Positions 11,823 through 22,823 of a DNA stretch of 64,000 nt are shown here, piece after piece. The stretch is from assembly GCF_947568905.1 (NCBI RefSeq), contig NC_079168.1, positions 34,410,001 through 34,474,000 of the forward strand, read 5' to 3'. Both the position numbers and the translations under genes were made by a program. Numbering within the stretch: the first letter of the stretch is position 1; each line of letters starts with the position of its first letter. The notes under the pieces were generated by a model that worked only from the letters and a program-made list of their open reading frames with translations, ran no database searches and was not told the DNA's origin. This stretch comes from Ostrea edulis. Its lineage: Eukaryota.

Positions 11823-11862
<40 letters not shown>
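11823..11862. repeat. (TA)20 microsatellite
   Basis: Read directly from the sequence. Confidence 0.95.
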
Positions 11863-11865
<3 letters not shown>

Positions 11866-11869
11866 CGTC

Positions 11870-12377
11870 AGTGTCCAAACCAACGACATAGAGTGTATGA
11901 TGAACAGTGTCCAAACCAACGGCATAGAGTGTATGACGAACAGTGTCCAAACCAACGACATAGAGTGTATGATGAACAGTGCCCAAACCAACGACATAAA
12001 GTGTATGATGAACAGTGTCCAAACCAACGACATAGTGTGTATGATGAACAGTGTCCAACCAACGACATAGAGTGTATGATGAACAGTGTCTAAACCAACG
12101 ACATAAAGTGTATGATGAACAGTGTCCAAACCAACGACATAGAGTGTATGATGAACAGTGTCCAAACCAACGACATAGAGTGTATGACGAACAGTGTCCA
12201 AACCAACGACATAGAGTGTATGAACAGTGTCCAAACCAACGACATAGTGTGTATGATGAACAGTGTCCAAACCAACGACATAGAGTGTATGAACAGTGTC
12301 CAAACCAACGACATAGTGTGTATGAACAGTGTCCAAACCAACGACATAGTGTGTATGATGAACAGTGTCCAAACCAA
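11870..12377. repeat. 36-bp minisatellite (33-bp variants), about 14 copies
   Basis: Unit agtgtccaaaccaacgacatagagtgtatgatgaac. It explains the repetitive ORFs in the track at 11624-12444. Confidence 0.95.
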
Positions 12378-12496
12378 CAATGATGTCGAAGGTAATTTTT
12401 AAATCCCAAAATTCTTTGTTATTAAAATTATTAAAATAATACATTTACTGATTAACTATTCAAAACTAAAATGTACATTTGCAGAGACATACATGT

Positions 12497-13648
12497 ATGG
12501 AGCGCCAAATTAACATCAACTCAAATAATTGAAGATATCTTCAATTATTTGAAGATATCATCAATTCATTTGATGCGCGCAACAATTGAATTAAAGAGAT
12601 GTTCAAATAATTAATGATATCTTCAATTCTGAATTATTGCGCGCATTAATTGCATTGATGATAGCATTAATTCTTCAGCTGAATTGATGCGGGCTTTAAT
12701 TGAATTAATGATCTCTTTAATGAATTAATGATATCAACAATTGAATTGATGTGCGCTACAATTCAATTGAAGAGAGCAATAATTGATATACTGCGCGCAT
12801 TAAATCAATTGATGAGAGCAATAATTGAATTGCATGATGCGCACATTAATTCATTTGATGAGAGCAATAATTGATTTAATGCGCGCATTAATTCAACTAT
12901 TTCTCTCTTCAATTGAATTAACGATATCTTTAATTCATTTGAAGAGAGCAATAATTCTTTTAGAGAGAGCAACTATATAATTAAAGGTATCTTCAAATCA
13001 ACATATTCACAATTGAATTAATGATATCTTTAATTGAATTGTTGCTCTCTTTAAAAGAATTGATGCGCGCATTAATTCCTTATACAAAAGCATTGTTTGT
13101 TTCGAACCCGCGCCGACAGAGGTGAGAGGCCGTGTGATTTTGAGCGCAATGCTCTAACCACTCGGCCACGGAGGCCCGCAAAAGCATTGTAAATGATTTA
13201 AAGATATCTTCAATTGAATTAAAGAGATCATCAAATTATTTATACCGAGCTCTAAATTAATTATTGCGAGCAATATTTCTACTAAATTGATGCTCTCATC
13301 AAATTAATTGAAGAGAGCAATAATTGAATTAATGCGAGCATCAAATCTATTATTGCTCTCATTAATTGAATTAATGCACGCATCAATTAAATTGAAGAGA
13401 GCAATAATTGAATAAATGCGCGCATTAAATCAATTATAGCTCTCATTAATTCAATTGATGCGCGCATTAATTCAATTGATGAGAGCAATAATTGAATTGA
13501 AGCGCGCTTTAATTCATTTGATGAGAGCAATAATTGATTTAATGCGCGCATTAATTCAATTAAAGAGAGCAATAATTGAATTGATGATATTTTCAAATAA
13601 TTGAAGATATCTTCAATTATTTGAGTTTATGTTAATTTGGCGCTCCAT
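12497..13648. mobile_element. AT-rich MITE-like element with ~60-bp TIRs (copy 1 of 3)
   Basis: Ends are atggagcgccaaattaacat.../...atgttaatttggcgctccat. The interior is built from degenerate gcgcgcattaattcaattgaagagagcaataattg repeats. Confidence 0.8.
13097..13178 (-). mobile_element. SINE tRNA-head only (3'-truncated at the T-loop), inserted with a 12-bp TSD
   Basis: It matches the head of the SINE at 11529 up to gggttcgaa. The TSD caaaagcattgt is at 13085-13096 and 13179-13190. Confidence 0.8.
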
Positions 13649-13833
13649 ATACATGTATATACTTTGTGAGAGATTTGCAAATTTCATTTTTTATTATTAT
13701 TATTTTTTTTTTTCAATATTATTTCCTTTTTTTTACTGGCCGATACTGTTTGGAGTAAGAAGTGTAAAAGGTTTGTTTGGACACTATTCGTTAAAGAAAG
13801 TACTTTAGTTTTGACAAAGTTTACTCTTCTGTC

Positions 13834-14840
13834 ATGCCACGACGCAGTGAAAACCAACGTAATCGTGCTGTTGGGATGATTCAAGCTGGAATGGCACAGA
13901 ATATCGTAGCAAGACACTTTGGAGTTCATTGGAACACCATCCCGTCATTATGAAGACGTTTCCAACAATCTGGTAACACTCGGGATCGACCACGTTCAGG
14001 TTGTCCTCATGTGACGTCACGTCGACAGGAAAACCGCATAAGACTTGTGCACCTTAGAAATCGTTTCCAGACAGCAAGTTTGGCTGCTCGTAGCATTCCT
14101 GGACTTCGACCAATCAGTCCAAGAACTGTGCGTAATCGTCTTTGCGAGCACAACATCAAACCAAGACGTCCAGCGGTGCGCCCAATACTGCTTTGATTAA
14201 CGTCATCGTATCGCTAGACTAGCGTAGTGCAGACGACATCAGCGATTCAGAATACAGGACTGGGCCAATATTCTGTTCACTGATGAATCCAAATTTCATT
14301 TGGATAGGAGTGATGGCCGTTGTAGAGTGTATCGTCACGTTGGGTAGCGGTACCAGGACGCTTGTGTTGTACAACGTCCACAATTCGGTGGAGGTAGCGT
14401 TATGGTGTGGGATTGAATAACAACACGTGGAAGGACCCCTCCACAAATTGTCAATGGAAATCTCACCGGCGTACGCTGTCGAGACGAAATTATTCAGCGC
14501 CATGTGATACCCTTCATACAGAGACAGCAAAATCATATCACTCTGCAGCAAGACAACGCAAGGCCACATGTTGCACGTGTAGTCAGGGACTTTTTTGTTC
14601 AACAGAATGTCGATGTCTTGCCTTGGCCAGCTGTTTCCGCCGATTTATCGCAGATCGAGCACGTCTGGGATGAAATGGAACGTTTACCAAGTCAGCCGGT
14701 GACATTGGCTGATTTAGGCCAGGCTTTAACCAACATTTGGAACAACATCCCTCAAGCATTTCTGAACACTTTAGTGGTATCAATGAGGCGCCGTTGTCAA
14801 GCATGCGTGAATGCAAATGGTGGTCACACGCGTTATATAA
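13834..14840 (+). pseudogene. Tc1-family (DD34E) transposase pseudogene
   Basis: Paired-type HTH N-terminus (MPRRSENQRNRAVGMIQAG...GNTRDRPRSG), followed by DESKF, QQDNARPH and DLSQIEHVW with 34 residues between the second D and the E. It ends GGHTRY and carries several stops and frameshifts. Confidence 0.9.
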
Positions 14841-15084
14841 CTTTGTTAATCCAAGTTCGAATACTAGTGTCTTTCGAGTGTGCTGAAATAGACGTTATTC
14901 GACGTTAACGTTAATGGATTATGAAATGTTGTAACGAATACATTTGTTAACAGTATTACACAAAAAAAAAAATTGTTCATTGTTATTTTTTTCATATATA
15001 TAAATAATGCACAATTTCTTTTTTCCTTTAGTATAGGAGTTGAAATATATCACTTTACAGAAGTCATTTTTACTTTTCCCCTGA

Positions 15085-15195
15085 CATTTTGACAGATGAT
15101 GAGGTGAAAACAAAAATTAAAGAACTAATGTTTGGCTCCGTCCCGAAACGCACTCAGCAAGTTATCAGACTAAAAGGACACCTCATGATGTATTG
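15085..15195 (+). pseudogene. C-terminal fragment of a second Tc1-like transposase
   Basis: ELMFGSVPKRTQQVIRLKGHLMMY* resembles the Tc1 C-terminal SMPxR...VI...G....Y* motif. Confidence 0.5.
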
Positions 15196-16858
15196 AATTG
15201 TAAGTAAGTAATTTTTTGTTTTAATTTTCATGTTCGCGATTATTAATTTTCAACCGGCAAAATATTGATGAGTTCGTCGTCAGTGTAAACACGCCGCCGT
15301 TTTCGTGCGTTGTTTTTTTTTGGGTTTTTTTTTTTTTTTTAGGTTAATAACATCAAAGTTATACATTCAAAATTTCTTAAATGAACATTACCTACAGAGA
15401 AAATAACCATGAAATCATTATAAAACGTTTCAAAGTAACTGGAAAATGCATGGGACGTTTCGCGCCGCAAAGAAATACGCACATTAACTCTTGATTCCCG
15501 CCTACATTTTATACTCGTATATTTTAAAAAGCTTTGCAATTTTGCTAATGAGAATGTCTAAAATGCAAAGTAGAATTCCTTAGTAATTGATTATTAACTT
15601 TAATACCAATGTTAATTAATCAATTGCTCTTAATTTCAACTCCTTTTCATTAAGGGGTAGAAAATCTGTTCCTCGAAACCGGGTTTCAAAACGTCAAATA
15701 TTTTAAATGTCTTATTGATATAGATAACCATTTAATTTGTGATATTACTTTATATTATTGAGTAATGGTTAAACTTCATTTTTCACACCTTAACCTCATT
15801 TTCAATTGATCAAAGAGTGAACATTTTCACCGTGTTTTGGGATGTAAACATAAAAAATACCAGAAAAATGGCAGCAAAATGATGTCATAATTTCAATCCT
15901 ATGTTATTTTGTTAAAGTGGAAAATAAAAACCGAGTTTCGTCAGAATTCTTGCACAAAATAAACGTAATTCAAAGAAAGAAAAGGATGATTGTCAATTTT
16001 GATGGGCAAATAAAGCCCTTATCATACATTACACAATCATTTTAAATACCTATAGGAAATTAGTTGATAATGTGTAGGCTGATCTAAAATCAGGATCCAG
16101 TGAAGTTAACTTTTCATTTATATAGCATTAACTTGAAGTTAACTGTCAGTTAAACTTAATGATGTCATTGTGCAACTGGCCCCAGAGCCTCAGCATGAAT
16201 TGCCGAATTGTGGGATGGGGTTAGCCTCTTCTGTGGGGATTTGAGAAAAACACCTCCAGTCTAGGCGTTTCAAAAGAAAGGGAATACTCAATAGAGGGTG
16301 ACAAAACACAAGGAAGGAAGAAGGGTGAACAAATTACACTCTAAAAGCAAAAAAAAAGGGGGTCTTTCATGCACATTTCTCTAGGAAGTGACCACTGCTC
16401 TAGGCACTAGAGGATTGATCCCGATGCTCATTCTGTAGAATATTAAACATACTTTTCTTTGATGCAGAGTGTGTATTGATACAGTGGTTCATATATTTTA
16501 ATGATATTTTAAACATCCCCACCCCTTCATAGAACATTCTTCAAAATCTCTGGTTGTTGAAAGGATATAGAATATACATCACTGTACACAACATAAGGAT
16601 TTGTGCATGAACTTCAAAATTTTCATAAAATAAAAACAGCTTTTAAACAACAACCCCCAACAACTTTTTTATACCTCCAGTTTCTATTGGGTTTTGCTGA
16701 GTGCCCTTTTCCACTAAGAACTGTCGGTTACTTTAATCTTTAAGATCTATTTTCTTCTATTGTTATTTCTGTTTAATCTCAATAACACAAAAAAAAACCC
16801 ATGCATAATTAATTGCTCTACAGGCTGTAGCACATATGATCCGCAATTACATGTATAA

Positions 16859-17120
16859 CAATCTAATTAAAATTAGATGTTGGATCCGCTCACATACTCG
16901 CTACACAAACATCTAAAAACATCCCATAGAGGGTCACGTCAGAGGTCAAATTCGGTATCACTCTAGACTTATCAGCTTCAACAAACATTCAATGATTTTG
17001 CCAGCAGTGATTTCATTGGTCAATCGAATTTGACCTCTGATGTGACCCTCTACGGAATGTTGTTAGATGTTTGTGTAGCGAGTATGCAAGCGGATCTAAC
17101 ATCTAATTTCAATTAGATTG
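16859..17120. mobile_element. MITE with ~95-bp imperfect TIRs
   Basis: caatctaattaaaattagatgttggatccgc...agaggtcaaattcg is mirrored by cgaatttgacctct...gcggatctaacatctaatttcaattagattg. Confidence 0.7.
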
Positions 17121-17615
17121 CAATTATAAGTAATTAGAACGATCTCATTCTTACTTTAAAAATTAAATTAGTGATAATTAATTTAAAACAGTTTTGTAAA
17201 TTGAAGCTGTGTTACAGAGTGTACTTTTTAATGGAATTTCCTGAAGATGAATTCATATTAGTATACCACCGAATATTAAGTGGCAAGAAATGAAATATAC
17301 AGCACTTGGGATTTTCAAAACATTTGACGTCACAATCCATTTAGTAATATTTGGCGCTGAACAATATCCCCATCTGTGTGGCGATAGATCTTTTCAACCT
17401 GTGCTGAGTTAGTAGATGCCCATTGCACATTGTGATATCAAATGTGTTGACTGTAACAGATTAAAATCATGAATGCTGAATATTTCATTTCTGGCCTCTT
17501 AATTTTCAGTGGTCTTAATCGATTTCATAAGTTTTCCTTACAAATTGACATTCTGCTTCACAAGAAAACAATATCACATATATATATGAACAAAATGTTT
17601 CAGTTAAACCACAAC

Positions 17616-18502
17616 TCATGAATGATCTCCAATCAGATTTTTGAGTTTATCCTTCCATTCATCCTCAGAAATATTATTTGCCCAGGGTGGAATGTTATCC
17701 TTTGGTAGATTTACGGCAGACATTGTCTTTTTGATTTGTTCAGATTGGTCCTGGTTTATTTCAATGTCTCGTTTCACTTGCTGGTTCCACAGAAGTTCAC
17801 CTGGGGAAGGTCGTGGCAAATCGGGTACCTAAAGCAAATCAAGTATTCAATAAGCATATCTTGTAAAATACAAAAGTTATGCATACTCTGAATCCCATTG
17901 TCCATGGGTAAACTTTAGAGAAATGAAAGAAATGTTTTCCTTTTTAAAAAGGAACTTTTTTCATGATTTTGGAAGAGTTTTCTTTTCATTCATATGATAA
18001 ACATTAAGGGAAGTTTTCATATAAATTTCAACTTTTCTGGCCCAGTGGTTCTTCAGAAGAAGATATTTGAAGATTTTCCCTATATATTTGTATATAAAAC
18101 TTTGATCTCCAATTCTGACCCCATCCTACCCCCGGTGACCATGATTTGAACAAACTTGAATCTGCACTATGCCAGGAAGCTTTCATATGAAATTTCCACT
18201 TTTCTGGCCCAGTAGTTCTTGAGAAGAAGATTTTCCCTTTATATTTGCATGTAAAACTTTGATCCCCTACTGTGGCCCCACCCTACCACTGGAGGCCATG
18301 ATTTGAACATACTTGAATCTGCACTATGTCAGAAAGCTCTCATATACATTTCAACTTTTCTGACCAGTGGTTCTTGAGAAGATTTTTAAATGACCCAACC
18401 TATTTTTGCATTTTTGTGATTATCTCCCCTTTGAAGAGGACATGGCCCTTGAACAAACTTGAATTTCTTTCACCCATGGATGATGTGCACCAAGTTTGGT
18501 TA

Positions 18503-18534
<32 letters not shown>

Positions 18535-19166
18535 TGAAAAGTTTACAAACAGATGGACAGACTGATGATGGACAACGAGTGACCAGAATAGCTCACTTGA
18601 GCTTTCAGATCAGGTGAGCCAAAAACTGAGAATAAGATAGTTGCATCAAAATTCTTGTACAATATACACCTGGTTTTGAAACAAAAGCATGACTTTTGAT
18701 TTTAGTGGGCAAATATAGTCCTTATCATATAATTATAGTCCTTTATGACATTTTTGGATATCGCAGCATTAACTCTGAGTAGCTAGTGCAAAACCACGAT
18801 ATTTACCTTCATATAGGAGGGTGTGGTTCCCCCTGCAGTATGCAGTCCTGGTGGAAGTCTACTTGTTTCATCAGTAGTTGTACTTCTCTCCACTTCAGCA
18901 TCCACTGAGATTCCAGTTCTTTCTCCACCTTGTTCCACTGTCATATCTGTAGTCATGTCTTCTTCATTCTCCTCATCATCTGAGTCTTCATCTGAGTCTT
19001 CTATAAATTGCTGAAGGACCTGGTACCCATCATAACCAAACTCCCCGTCCCCCTCACTGTCAGAACTATCAGCGTTGATCACCACGTCTGGGACGTCCAT
19101 CATATCCACGGTTTCCTCACCATTGTTTGGTTTATCATGATCATCAGGATGAGGAATTGGTGCCAT
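17616..19166 (-). CDS. MEA1: Male-enhanced antigen 1; coding exons 18807-19166 and 17616-17828, 190 aa
   Basis: Phase-0 GT-AG join (YMK|VPDLPRP). Acidic N-half with GYQVL. The C-terminal QIKKTMSAVNLPKDNIPPWANNISEDEWK matches the MEA1 ..K.TM..V.LP...P.WA..IS...W motif. An acceptor upstream of the ATG (~19188) implies a non-coding first exon. Confidence 0.85.
18010..18626 (-). mobile_element. Helentron/HINE-type element with satellite-like repeats in the MEA1 intron
   Basis: Reverse-complement relative of 3613-4815, with terminus gctcacttgagctttcagatcaggtgagccaaaaa. Confidence 0.6.
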
Positions 19167-20792
19167 GAAATGGAATTAGGGTTTTCTGTTTAAAGTAAAA
19201 GAGAAAGTCAGTATGTGAATAATTGTTTTAATTTGAATTGGCTTTTTTTTTTTACGCTGTAAATAAATAAATTTATACTTTGCATTCAACATGTGGAATT
19301 TCAAAACTGTATCAATTTCTGCATATCAAGTCCATAAAACACTGAAAATTGCCCTCCTCCTTTCCCAGACCCTTGTCCCAATTTCCCGGAAAAGCAATAT
19401 TTCCCTGTCCACCCTGATAATAACATCAACATTTGAAAGCAAAGCTGATTCAATTTAAAGTTTTTTCTCATATGCTATACTAATCTTCTCTGATATAGAT
19501 ATTTGTTTTCCTTCAACATTCATCAGGAACATTTAAGACTTTTCTGAAGAGAATTTGTGCCTCTCAGAAGAGGCATGACTATACAATATACTAGTACTGA
19601 CTGAGCCACGGCACCACATCAGGTTTTCTTTTTGGGATAAAGATTATTAGATTGGTTATCTTATTTCTCTAGGAAAGATTGGGGTTGTCAGGTAGGCTGT
19701 TAATTCTAACCCACAGCTTTGGTTGATGTAACTTAAAAGTGGCAATTGGAGTTGAAAGCTGACAAATGCATCTGGGGTATTTATGGGTTGAATAAGACAA
19801 GCTTATTTGAAAGAAATATGGTAGACTTCCTGGTTAGTGTCTTAAAGCTATCATATGTTTATTTGCAATGTCAGATGAGCTTTAAAAACTGAGATCCTAT
19901 GTTGTGGCAAGCATTGACACGATAAAGAACGCTCACTGCTACTGCCTTGTGCACCATGCATAGGTCGAATTTTGTGACACTTCTCATGTACAGTTAGTGA
20001 TGTCTCAATATGAGTGAATAATTCTCACAGGACGTAAAACATATATACAAACATACATTTTTGTCAAATGACCTTCATGACAAGCAGAAGGTCATGAGTT
20101 TGACCTTGGCTACATTGAACTTGAGACATAATACAGGTAAATTTGGTTACTGTTCCTTCACCAAGCATTTGGCAGTTAGAAGTGAGAGTTGCAGGTCTTT
20201 TGGAGGGGATTTTAAAAAGAGGCTGGTGACAATATGCCATAATAAAGAAGTCTCACAGCATTGACTCTACAGCCCTGTGTGACAACCAGAGGACTAAACT
20301 TCTAAAGTTTCAAATCATAAAATCAATCAAAATCTCATATCATGTAAAGACCACTTTTTACTGAAGCAGTTCCCTAGGCTGCTTCAATAGTAGTTACAAC
20401 CATGAATTCTTAGATGGGTTTGTCACATATTTTAAGTGGTAAACATGCTATATCGAAGGTGTTGCTTACTTCTGTTATACAAGTCTTTGATTAGATAAAT
20501 ACAATCCATTCCAGACAAGCAAAGACAAGTATAAAATTGATGCAAATAAGGGTTTCTTTTATATAACTGTGAACAATTTGAAGATTTATACGACGAAGAT
20601 CTGCTTTGTTTTGCTAAATATAATATATAAATAGATCAACATGATCAATGGTATATATTTCATAAAACTGTCAGGTAAGTGGTAACTTGTTAGGTAAGCA
20701 TAGGCGCTCCCCATTTAATTTCCCATATGACGAATGTTTTAAAAGTCTTATAGGTCTACTCCTCTATAAAGTTATGTGTATTTCTATATACC

Positions 20793-21230
20793 AGACTTCC
20801 CCTATAGTGAGATCTTCTCGCTAAAACACAGTTATCCCTCTTTAGCGAGAAAGAAAACATTACCATAAATAGGTGTTTTGGTTGAAAATAAAGGCAAATT
20901 CTGTGCCATGTTGAAAAAGTGCAACACACTCAACATGATGCAAATTGTCTCTACAAAATTAACAACACAGTCAAGAAATTTCATATCAACGTTGCTGGGT
21001 AAGAGGGAAGGAGGCTGAAATCCAATGCACATTTGAGTGTTTTTGTTTTGATTTATATATTTACAGAAGTATATCAGACATTTTAGTACTTTTTCTTCTT
21101 TTCACGTGTTACAGGAAGAGATGTACCCCAAGGTTGTACAGGATATATTTACTCTCACTAAAGAGGTATAATCGCGTTTTCGCGAGAATATCTCGCTATA
21201 GGGGAAGTGTTCCCAACCTAACTGATTGAC
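20793..21230. mobile_element. ~430-bp TIR element (copy 1; copy 2 at 22381-22806)
   Basis: Inverted ends acttcccctatagtgagat...ctctttag / ctaaagag...atctcgctataggggaagtgttcccaacct. The body is duplicated at 22480-22806. Confidence 0.65.
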
Positions 21231-21267
21231 AGAATACTGGGGCGCATTTTACAAAAGAACTTACGAC

Positions 21268-21450
21268 CACAGGCCTCTGAATTTCTATCAATAAGCCGTT
21301 ATATGATTAATCAGAGTGATATATATACCCCTTCTATATATAAATACACCAGGTATGCAACGACTTTATTGTATTTATATATAGAAGGGGTATATATATC
21401 ACTCTGATTAATCATATAACGGCTTGTTGATAGAAATTCAGAGGCCTGTG
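21268..21450. mobile_element. 183-bp foldback element with a 7-bp TSD (possibly a P-element-type MITE)
   Basis: Near-perfect arms of about 77 bp starting cacaggcctctgaatttctatca. ttacgac occurs at 21261-21267 and 21451-21457. Confidence 0.75.
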
Positions 21451-22380
21451 TTACGACCAACTTTACATACTGAACTTTTCTAGTTTATTGTAAGATCCTT
21501 CAATCCAAATTCAAAATATTTTTTAAAATGTTGAAAATTAAGCCTCAGAAAACTTTTACTTCATTTACTCAAAGTAATATTACTGGGTAATATAATTTAA
21601 GACTTGCGACCCTGTTTACTAAAGTCGACCTCCCCTTGAAGAATGACATCACTGTCTATATCCATCTTAACCGTCACACTAAGACTACGTAAAACAAACT
21701 ACAAACCTTACGGAAACGGTATTATCACGTTGGCCTAAAACAAACAGCACCAAATTGATGTAGAAAATTTCAAAATACGTAAACTCTTGAAAATGAAAGT
21801 AGGTTTTACAAGACAATTCTTTCCATATATATTCGTATATTTCAAGTATTTAACATTATAAGCTATGTTTGACATATATAAACTTAAAACAAGAGCGCGA
21901 TTTATCGCTAATTATTGCTGTTATTATAATCATATCATAAATATTCACGAATAGTTATCCAACATCGCACTTATATTTACACGAATATTCTACGTATAAC
22001 TTTGTGACAGCATAAAACATGGGCCATGTCTTCAAAACGTCTGCTCAGGCAAGTCACGTAATTCATGATTTCAGGGATTTAGCGTTGTAGTAAAGTAGGC
22101 CTAATAAAATATCTATATATTAAGATTTTATTTATTTGGGTCGTGTCTTTTTTTCGTGTCAGTTTAGTTTCATTTTATTTATAAAATCAATCATTTGATG
22201 TGATGAGGAAATTCCAGTTGATCTAGATTAGAGGCGAAAGCTTGTAATATGTAGCCGATGTAGAAATGGCATATTTGTCACAGGTATTTATTTCATACAT
22301 GGATCAACCCCTCCTTATTAGCAAGGAGGTGTGACCCATGTATGAAACAAGTGCTATTGATATGAATATCTGCTTTGGTC

Positions 22381-22806
22381 AGGTTGGGAACACCTCGCCA
22401 AAGAGGGATGGCGAGAAATAAACATGACCATAAACAGGGGTTTTGGCGTATTTATTGAAAATAATGGCAAATCCCATACAACGCTGAATAAGTGCGACGC
22501 ACACTCAACATGATGGAAATTGTTTCTGTGAAATTGACAACATAGTCAAGAAATTGCATATCAAAGTTACTGCGTAAGAGGGAAGCAGTCTGCAATCCAA
22601 TGCATATTGTGAGTGTTTTTGTTTTGATTAATATATTTGCAGAAGTATCGGACATTTTAGCACTTTTTCTTCTTTTCATGTAAAACACTAAGAGATGTAC
22701 TCCACGGGAGTTTTTCTTGGTTGTACGGGATATATTTACTCTCGCTAGAGAGGGATAATCGTATTTTAGCGAGAATATCTTGCTCTAGGAGAAGTGTTCC
22801 CAGCCT
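22381..22806. mobile_element. ~430-bp TIR element (copy 2)
   Basis: Ends aggttgggaacac / gtgttcccagcct. The body is similar to 20793-21230. Confidence 0.65.
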
Positions 22807-22823
22807 GTTGATCAAGTACTCCA

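Noticed and set aside
11870-12377. 36-bp repeats resembling a CRISPR array
   Set aside because: The units are head-to-tail with no unique spacers, there are no cas genes and the context is eukaryotic. The same applies to the 34-, 39- and 54-bp arrays.
11624-12444. Long repetitive ORFs (148-221 aa) on both strands
   Set aside because: They are by-products of a minisatellite whose unit lengths are multiples of 3.
13387-13596. Helical-looking ORFs (IELMRA repeats) here and at 55844-56145
   Set aside because: They are translations of the MITE's internal degenerate repeats.
1-19166. Kelch gene near MEA1 as an echo of the vertebrate KLHDC3-MEA1 pair
   Set aside because: The kelch repeats here are of the BTB-kelch KLHL type, and the orientation and spacing differ.
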